Shown here piece by piece: positions 57,659-63,955 of a stretch of DNA of 63,955 bases (position 1 is its first letter; each line of letters begins with the position of its first letter). The stretch comes from Armatimonadota bacterium. GTDB taxonomy: Bacteria; Armatimonadota; Fimbriimonadia; Fimbriimonadales; Fimbriimonadaceae. Where the stretch lies: assembly GCA_031400935.1 (NCBI GenBank), contig JANNQV010000034.1, positions 1 through 63,955 on the forward strand. Direction: 5' to 3'. Both the position numbers and the translations under genes were made by a program. The notes under the pieces are model-generated. The model saw nothing but the letters and a program-made list of their open reading frames with translations. It ran no database searches and was not told where the DNA came from.

Positions 57659-59134
57659 CTAAATCGGTAGCGTAGCTTGCCCCGATTTAGTTGTAATTCC
57701 TGCCATCTCGCCAGTTTTATGGCTATTGGCAAACGGATCGCGCTCTACTTCTGCAGAAATCGGAATCGGATAGTCGCCATTGAAACAAGCAAGGCAAAAC
57801 TGGTCGCTTGGTTTGCCGACGGCTTTTACCGCACCCAAAATGGAAAGATAACCTAAAGAGGTGGCGCCGATATGCTTCCGGATTTCTTCAATCGTCCATT
57901 TCGCCGCGGCGAGCTCGCTCTTGGTGCACATATCCACGCCATAAAAACACGGCCAAGCGATTGGGGGAGCCGTGATCCTCACGTGAACTTCCTTTGCTCC
58001 AGCAGAGAACATTAGCTTAACGATTTGTCCGGTTGTCGTGGCTCGGACGATTGAGTCGTCCACCAAAATGACTCTTTTTCCTTGAATATGCTCATCGAGA
58101 GGGGTCAACTTCATTCGAACACCAGATTCCCGGAGCTTCTGGTCCGGCTGAATAAAGGTTCGATGAATGTAGCGGCTTTTGACCATTCCTTCGCAATACG
58201 GAATGCCGCTTTGACGTGCATAGCCGATCGCCGCCGGGATACCGCTATCTGGAACCGGAACCACAATGTCAGCTTCGATAGGATGCTCGATAGCCAAGTT
58301 TTCACCCATCCGTTCCCGAGCTGTGTAAAGCAGAGTTCCGTACATTCTGGAATCTGGCCGGGCAAAGTAAATGAACTCGAAAAGGCACATCGCTTTTCGT
58401 TTTGGCTGAACCGCTTGCGCAAACCGCATTCCGCGTTCGTCAATGATGACCATTTCGCCAGGTTCAAGTTCGCGGTCAGCAATTGCACCAACGGGGCCGA
58501 AAGCGCACGATTCGCTTGCGATCATCCAACCCTCGCCAAGAGTGCCGACAATCAAAGGCCGAACGCCGTTTGGATCGCGAAATCCCAAAACCATCGTCGG
58601 AGTTACAACAGTGCAACTGTACGCACCTTCGATTTTTTTCATGGCGGCAGAAACGGCATTTTCCGGCGAAAGCGTCTGAAGATAATGGACGAGAAGCCGC
58701 GCGATCACTTCAGAATCGCTAGTCGAGTCAAATGCTTCACCGTCAGCTTCCATCTCATCGCGAACTTGCTTTGCGTTAATCAAGTTGCCGTTATGGGCAA
58801 CGGCTATTTCGCCGACGATGCTTGTGCAAAAAATCGGCTGCGCATTGAGCCTGTTTGAACTCCCCGTAGTGGAATATCGCGTGTGGCCGACCGCCATGTG
58901 CCCGGGCATTTCGGCAAGAATGGGTTCGGTGAAGACTTGGCTCACAAGCCCCATGTCTTTGTACATGTGAACCTGAGTGCCATCGGAAACAGCGATTCCG
59001 CAAGATTCTTGGCCGCGATGCTGGAGCGCGAATAGTCCGAAAAAGGCGAGGCGGGCGGCTGATTGCTCTGGCGAATAGATGCCAAGGACTCCGCATTCTT
59101 CCTTCAGGCGATCATCTCGTTGGGCCAGTTCCAA
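57659..59134 (-). CDS. purF: Amidophosphoribosyltransferase
   Basis: Propeptide then 'EE|CGV', 'QHRGQE', 'GHTRYST', 'VDDSIVRATT', 'C.YGVD', 'CLACF.GDYP'. Confidence 0.97.
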   Translation of the reverse strand: MELAQRDDRLKEECGVLGIYSPEQSAARLAFFGLFALQHRGQESCGIAVSDGTQVHMYKDMGLVSQVFTEPILAEMPGHMAVGHTRYSTTGSSNRLNAQPIFCTSIVGEIAVAHNGNLINAKQVRDEMEADGEAFDSTSDSEVIARLLVHYLQTLSPENAVSAAMKKIEGAYSCTVVTPTMVLGFRDPNGVRPLIVGTLGEGWMIASESCAFGPVGAIADRELEPGEMVIIDERGMRFAQAVQPKRKAMCLFEFIYFARPDSRMYGTLLYTARERMGENLAIEHPIEADIVVPVPDSGIPAAIGYARQSGIPYCEGMVKSRYIHRTFIQPDQKLRESGVRMKLTPLDEHIQGKRVILVDDSIVRATTTGQIVKLMFSAGAKEVHVRITAPPIAWPCFYGVDMCTKSELAAAKWTIEEIRKHIGATSLGYLSILGAVKAVGKPSDQFCLACFNGDYPIPISAEVERDPFANSHKTGEMAGITTKSGQATLPI

Positions 59135-59214
59135 GTTGACAGTATACCGACGGAATTCTTCAATTACGGATAGTTGAAGGGAATTATTGACTCTTTAGCG
59201 AAGTATTCTGTTTC

Positions 59215-61824
59215 GTGGGCTCAGAACGACTGCTTACTTTTGTCATGACCGACGTAGTCGGGAGCGTCGCCATGTGGGAGCACAATCGCGCTGCTGCCTC
59301 GGAAGCTATTGCTCTTTTGGAACAGATTACAGAATCTCTAACACATAAATATAGAGGCACTGTTCACAAAAAAAGAGGAGAAGGCGATAGCTTCTTCCTA
59401 ACTTTTGAAAGCCCATCAGGTGCCATCCATTTTGCTGCAGATTGGAACGTAACATTGCAAAAAGAAAGGTGGCCGACTGAAGAAGAAATCACCTGCCGAA
59501 TTGCTATTCGAACTGGGATTGCCGAATCTCGTGACGGCGACTATTATGGCGTTCCCATTAATCGTTGCGCGAGAATGAGGTCGCTTGCAGGGCGAAAGCA
59601 GATTGTGATTTGTTCGGCAACTTGCGATTTAGTTCGTGAAACTTTGCCGACAGGTACTTCATTGGAACCTGGAGGGGAAATTCAACTCCGAGATGTCGAG
59701 CTACCTGAGCGGCTCTATCTTCTGCGCATTGAAGGGGTTGAATGTGAATCCAAACTTCTGTTTGGCGGTTCACAGCAAAACCACAATATGCCTCCTCGGC
59801 TCACAAGCTTCGTCGGCCGCGAAACGGAGCGCGAACGAATCGAATCTGCATTGCGATTTCATCGGCTGATTACTTTGCTAGGACCAGGAGGAAGCGGCAA
59901 GACTCGCTTGAGCGAAGAAATCGCCGAAGGATTTTCCGAGGAAATGACGGATGGGGCATGGTTTGTGGGACTTGCAGATTGCAGAACTCAAGCAGATGTC
60001 GAACAAGCGATTTTTCGTTCTGTCCGTGCTCCGCTTCAAGTTTCAGAGCCAATTTTTGATTCCATTGTTTCGGCGCTTGAGCGAAAACACGCGCTTCTGG
60101 TCATTGATAATTGCGAACATCTCGTGAAATTAGCCTCAAAAACGGTTCACCGATTGCTTTCAGATTGTCCTAGAATTCGAATTTTAGCTACGAGCAGATC
60201 GCCACTTGGCTTGATAGAAGAAAAAGTACTGTCTGTTGGGCCTTTTGAAGTACCGAGGCATTCAACGGAAGTGAATTTGGAAGAGTTGAAAGGCAACACT
60301 GCCGTCCAACTCTTTTTGGAACGCGCCGCTGCAAAAGATGCCTCGATAGAATTGACGGATGCCAATGCAAAGGGCATTTCTAGGATTTGCCAGCGGCTTG
60401 ATGGAATCGCATTGGCAATCGAGCAAGCCGCCGCACATGCAGGGCGACTCTCCATAGAGCAGATTGCAGATCGCCTAGAACATAGCTTTTCACTTCTGAG
60501 AAGTGTTCCAGATTCAGTTGATCCGCGCCATCAAACGATGATCGCAACCATAGATTGGAGCGTAGAACTTCAGTCAGATCTAGCGCAAAGCCTCTTTTTT
60601 GCTCTTGCGAACATGGTTGGATCTTGGCCGTTAGAAGCCGCTTCGGCGTTGGGGAAGTCAATTGGGCTCGATGAAGAATCGGCTGTTGAAGTTCACGGAG
60701 AGTTGATTGACGGCTCCTTAGTGCAGCGTTTCGAGACTCCCGATGCTGGCACCCGATATCGTCTGTTGGAAACAGTTCGCGAATTTGCGCATAGCAGGGC
60801 CCCAATTCTCGACAATGTTCAACAGGCCCATCTTGATTGGTGCCAAACGGTCGCCAAACGTGCCGATCAGGAGCTTTTGGGCCCGAATCAAGCTTCATGG
60901 CTTCGCAGGTTGGAATGGGAGAGCGGGAATCTGAAGCAAGCTCTGGAGTTTGCTTTTGCCAATGATGCGGATGATCTTGTTCACTTGACGGAGTCGCTGA
61001 AACGGTACTGGGTTCGAACGGGGCTATATCAAGAAGGTGCAATTTGGCTCGAACGAGCACTCGCAATCGGCCCTTCAGCGGAGCCACGGCTAAGGGCTTC
61101 GATGCTGAATGCGCTTGGGGCATGTCGGTGGAGACTGGGGGAGAATGACATTGCCGAAAAGCGCTATCGGGAGAGTTTGGCTTTGTGGGAAGCAATGAAC
61201 GATTCGGACCAAATTGGTGCATTGTGTACAAACTTGGCAATTTGCGCGACCGATAGGGAGGATTTTGAGGGTGCCAACAGACTATATGAACAGAGTTGCG
61301 CCGCGTTTGAACAAGCAAAAGACAGCAGGGGGCTGGGCAGTGCTCTAATGAATCTGGGTTTTCTTTGCTTGCGAACGCATGAGAACGAAAAAGCAAGGTC
61401 GGTACTTCTAAGGGCGGAGGGGTTTTTGCGAGATGCTGGGCACTGGCAAGATGCAGATTATGCAAGCGCAAGCATTGCCTGGATCGAACTAGACAATGGA
61501 AATCCCAAACAGTTTAGGGAGCGTATGCTTGCGGCCATCAATTCGGCACTCGAAATGCACGATTCCTCGTTGCTGCAAGCAATAGCATTGGAAGCAGCAA
61601 CGCGAGCCTTTAGTGCTGATTCAAAGAATGGAGCGAGAAACGAACTTCTCGAATGTGTGATTTCGGGTCCGCAAGAGTACAAGTCGAAAGGAACTGGCGT
61701 TTCAGAAATTGATGTAGTCAAGGAATGGATCAAAGTCAACAGCTTTGCTGAAAAGGGTGGTCCTGAAATGTTCAGGTTTGCAGGAGAAATTACTAAAGTT
61801 GTCGAATGTTTCGCCAACGCCTGA
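59215..61824 (+). CDS. Class III adenylate/guanylate cyclase - STAND NTPase - TPR signalling protein
   Basis: 'TDVVGS', 'GEGDSF', 'DYYG..INRCAR'; 'TSFVGRE', GPGGSGKT, 'LLVIDNCEH', 'ATSR', 'LDGI.LAIE.AA'; C-terminal TPRs. Confidence 0.9.
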   Translation: MGSERLLTFVMTDVVGSVAMWEHNRAAASEAIALLEQITESLTHKYRGTVHKKRGEGDSFFLTFESPSGAIHFAADWNVTLQKERWPTEEEITCRIAIRTGIAESRDGDYYGVPINRCARMRSLAGRKQIVICSATCDLVRETLPTGTSLEPGGEIQLRDVELPERLYLLRIEGVECESKLLFGGSQQNHNMPPRLTSFVGRETERERIESALRFHRLITLLGPGGSGKTRLSEEIAEGFSEEMTDGAWFVGLADCRTQADVEQAIFRSVRAPLQVSEPIFDSIVSALERKHALLVIDNCEHLVKLASKTVHRLLSDCPRIRILATSRSPLGLIEEKVLSVGPFEVPRHSTEVNLEELKGNTAVQLFLERAAAKDASIELTDANAKGISRICQRLDGIALAIEQAAAHAGRLSIEQIADRLEHSFSLLRSVPDSVDPRHQTMIATIDWSVELQSDLAQSLFFALANMVGSWPLEAASALGKSIGLDEESAVEVHGELIDGSLVQRFETPDAGTRYRLLETVREFAHSRAPILDNVQQAHLDWCQTVAKRADQELLGPNQASWLRRLEWESGNLKQALEFAFANDADDLVHLTESLKRYWVRTGLYQEGAIWLERALAIGPSAEPRLRASMLNALGACRWRLGENDIAEKRYRESLALWEAMNDSDQIGALCTNLAICATDREDFEGANRLYEQSCAAFEQAKDSRGLGSALMNLGFLCLRTHENEKARSVLLRAEGFLRDAGHWQDADYASASIAWIELDNGNPKQFRERMLAAINSALEMHDSSLLQAIALEAATRAFSADSKNGARNELLECVISGPQEYKSKGTGVSEIDVVKEWIKVNSFAEKGGPEMFRFAGEITKVVECFANA

Positions 61825-61864
61825 GCTGTGGGGTAATTTTTCTGACTTGGGCGTGGAGGAAAAA

Positions 61865-62401
61865 ATGAGTAAAAAATTATCAAGAAGAGAGGCGATTGTC
61901 AGTATTGGAGCAACTACGGCAGCCGCAGGGCTAGTTTCCATTCCGAGAGAAGGACGCGCGAACGATGCAGTAACCATGAAAGATCAGAAAGCGAGAATCA
62001 TCGTTGTCTTGCCGGTATCTGGTAATAATCCAATTGTTATTGCACCGCTTCAAGCAATTGCGGTTAATGGCTCAAGTTTGCACGTTGACGTTATGAACCA
62101 GGGTCCGGGTCCAAATCCAGCCGACTTTCGATTAGAGTTTAGAACACGTAATGCGTCAGGAGCAGAAGTCACGTCCCCATTACCAGGGATTTCACTCAAT
62201 ACTGTGTCCGAAGATATTAAACTACTAGCGGTTAATAACGTATGGAGCAAGAACTTTCCGTTTATCTCTGCAGCCATTTTTCCAACGTATCTGCTTACGA
62301 TTATGGTGTTTGAGGTTCTAGCCAATGGTACTGAGTTGTATAGAACAGAATCGAAGACGGAAATTTTTTGGGGCAAGCCTGCCCCATCAAAGGCCACTTA
62401 A
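61865..62401 (+). CDS. Tat-exported Ig/CARDB-like protein
   Basis: RBS GGAGG; MSKKLSRREAI plus h-region (twin arginine); beta-rich body with 'SGNNPIV' and 'V.NQG'. Confidence 0.7.
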   Translation: MSKKLSRREAIVSIGATTAAAGLVSIPREGRANDAVTMKDQKARIIVVLPVSGNNPIVIAPLQAIAVNGSSLHVDVMNQGPGPNPADFRLEFRTRNASGAEVTSPLPGISLNTVSEDIKLLAVNNVWSKNFPFISAAIFPTYLLTIMVFEVLANGTELYRTESKTEIFWGKPAPSKAT

Positions 62402-62415
62402 CTAAAGTTCTTGAT

Positions 62416-62454
62416 TAGCAACTAGCTTTCTTAAGCCAAGCCGCGGGGATTAGC
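62416..62454 (-). pseudogene. Degenerate duplicate of the rpmB 3' end
   Basis: 35/39 nt identical to 63068-63106; encodes IPAAWLKKASC versus IPAAWLKKASY. Confidence 0.8.
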
Positions 62455-62589
62455 ACAAGACAAAACCCAATCTTGTTTAAGATGATACATAACTCCCTAT
62501 AGTGCAGGAATTCTGAGCATAGTGGTCGAACAAATGGCAGAAGACCTTTCGAGTGCAAGTACTGGATTCGATTGGTCAAGGAGGAAATA

Positions 62590-62982
62590 ATGGAACAACA
62601 AGCAATTGTTTGGGCGCCGACACCTTTGTCGGGAAACAATCCGATCGTTACTGTGCTTATTGATGCATATGCTCCCATTGAAAAAGTCTTCACGGTCACC
62701 GTGAAAAACATAGGTGGAGCAATTGGCATCTTTCATGTCAGGCTAGTTGGAGTTTTTAAAGACGGATCCTCAAGGGATACAGCTTTGCCTGGATTCGGCG
62801 CTAATGCCACAACATCAGCTGACTTCAGTTTAGAACCAGGGGAATCCAAAAATGTGTCCTTCGCATACGAGAGAGATACAGGTGAGTTTGATGAATACAC
62901 GCTCCTCTCGTACATCGAAGAAAATGATGGCGGGGCTTACGTAGTGCGCAGAATTGGAAGCACTTTGCTACATTTCAGATAG
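62590..62982 (+). CDS. Signal-less paralog of the upstream Ig/CARDB-like protein
   Basis: RBS AGGAGG; shares 'P.SGNNPIV', 'V.V.N.G', 'RL', 'LPG...N' with 61865-62401; 'LEPGES' CARDB-like motif. Confidence 0.7.
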   Translation: MEQQAIVWAPTPLSGNNPIVTVLIDAYAPIEKVFTVTVKNIGGAIGIFHVRLVGVFKDGSSRDTALPGFGANATTSADFSLEPGESKNVSFAYERDTGEFDEYTLLSYIEENDGGAYVVRRIGSTLLHFR

Positions 62983-62992
62983 CCTGAATTTT

Positions 62993-63019
62993 TGGTCGTT
63001 GGCATTCTGCCAACGACCA
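62993..63019. terminator. Hairpin between convergent genes (probable rpmB terminator)
   Basis: TGGTCGTTGGCA-TTC-TGCCAACGACCA, 12-bp perfect stem. Confidence 0.55.
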
Positions 63020-63066
63020 TGAACGTAGCAATTGCCTTTTCAAAAATCTGAAAGGAACGTACGGCT

Positions 63067-63330
63067 CTAGTAACTTGCTTTCTTAAGCCAAGCCGCTGGG
63101 ATTGGCTTAAGGCCGCATAGCACCATATTGAACTGAGCGCTCTTAAGAACGGTCGTCGCGATTTTGAGCGTCACAGTGCCGTGGGGAGTCTTGACTCGAA
63201 CCAAATGAAGGTTCGGAGATTGGAGCCTGTTCTTTTTGGGTGCGCGAAATTTCCACTGACCGGAATGCCGGTGGCGAATGTGCTTCGCGTTGTTTGCTCT
63301 TTTGCCGCTTACTTGACAGACTCTAGCCAT
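63067..63330 (-). CDS. rpmB: 50S ribosomal protein L28
   Basis: 'MARVCQVSGK', 'R...PNL', size and basicity; Zn-ribbon incomplete (C- type); C-terminal extension. Confidence 0.85.
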   Translation of the reverse strand: MARVCQVSGKRANNAKHIRHRHSGQWKFRAPKKNRLQSPNLHLVRVKTPHGTVTLKIATTVLKSAQFNMVLCGLKPIPAAWLKKASY

Positions 63331-63572
63331 GATATTCACTTCCCCAGCCTAAAGCCGGGACACGGTTAGGAATGATACTCTGTTTTGCAGGCTGAGTTCA
63401 AGGGAGGGGGCGGAGATGGTGGTGTCCTAATTTGAGATTCCCGTCATAATTGAAGGATTATGAATACAATTTTAAATTTCTTTGTTTGGCTAGGCAAAGT
63501 CGCAAGTTGGGCACTCGCTGGGATTGTTCTTTACAATCAAGCTAGAGCGCATTTTGCATGAGCGAAGTCCAA

Positions 63573-63953
63573 TCAGCTCTCACTAACAATTGAAGCGCGT
63601 ACGGCCTCAGACGGTGAATTAACGGGAGGCTTCCGCAGGACCGCGTAGAACTTACGCCGTTCGGTCCCTTCGATTGGCGACGACCAGGCGTAGCATTGAG
63701 TTGCCTGATCGTTACCTCTAATGTCGAAAACGTGTACAACGCCATGCCAGGCAGTTTGCCCTTGGAATTGCTCATGGACTTCAACAACGGCGGCAAGATC
63801 GGCTTCGCAGTCATGAAGCCCCTCAACAGCTTGTTTAAGCTGGTCTACGCTTACTTCGGCTATTTGTCTAAATCCTCTGCTTGTGGGTTTGTTTGCGCGG
63901 GAGTTCGACTGATCTTTCGTTCCTGAACCTTTAGGAAAGTGTCGATATAGTCT
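63573..63953 (-). CDS. Conserved hypothetical protein missing from the ORF track (frame open to the window edge)
   Basis: Manual translation ...IAEVSVDQLKQAVEGLHDCEA...VHEQFQGQTAWHGVVHVFDIRG...CYAWS...KFYAVLRKPPVNSPSEAVRASIVSES*; protein-like; start unclear (ATA at 63863 behind GAGGA, or beyond the window). Confidence 0.6.
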   Translation of the reverse strand, partial: RLYRHFPKGSGTKDQSNSRANKPTSRGFRQIAEVSVDQLKQAVEGLHDCEADLAAVVEVHEQFQGQTAWHGVVHVFDIRGNDQATQCYAWSSPIEGTERRKFYAVLRKPPVNSPSEAVRASIVSES

Positions 63954-63955
63954 TT

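Noticed and set aside
60380..61471. Long antisense ORF (363 aa), and similar shadows at 58082-58858, 26750-27511 and 29690-30286
   Set aside because: They overlap well-supported genes and have no motifs; likely shadow frames.

Overview
Bacterial chromosomal segment, most likely Armatimonadota (Fimbriimonadaceae-like). This is inferred from the 'AFTLIELLVVIAIIAILAAILFPVFAQAK' prepilin/DUF1559-type genes, a diderm envelope tool-kit (secretin, LolA-like protein, porin, Lgt) and Terrabacteria-type housekeeping genes. Housekeeping genes: folE2 3' end, hrcA, sdhA, tag, pyrR-pyrB-pyrC, lgt, HldE-like kinase, ada, rplA, metY, family-4 UDG, sufB, pyrG, purF, rpmB. There is also an ExeA-HTH-pilMNOP-secretin type IV pilus operon and many secreted hydrolases and hypothetical proteins. 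No tRNA, rRNA, CRISPR array, integrase or transposase was recognised. Most interesting signals: (i) an uncharacterised sulfur/methionine-linked operon (cupin-metY-CoA-binding-OsmC-like-acyl-CoA dehydrogenase-signal-less PhnD-like protein-MetE-II); (ii) several small repeat families (7-periodic mosaics, 9/10-mer composites, REP-like palindromes), two of which lie inside ORFs, including a palindromic element translated within SufB; (iii) a (TC)9 tract at the start of a translationally coupled secreted-protein pair, a phase-variation candidate; (iv) a degenerate copy of the rpmB 3' end separating two paralogous Ig-like genes behind a cyclase-STAND-TPR gene; (v) a LolA-like/cytochrome c fusion. 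All homology calls come from motif recognition by eye; no database search was run.
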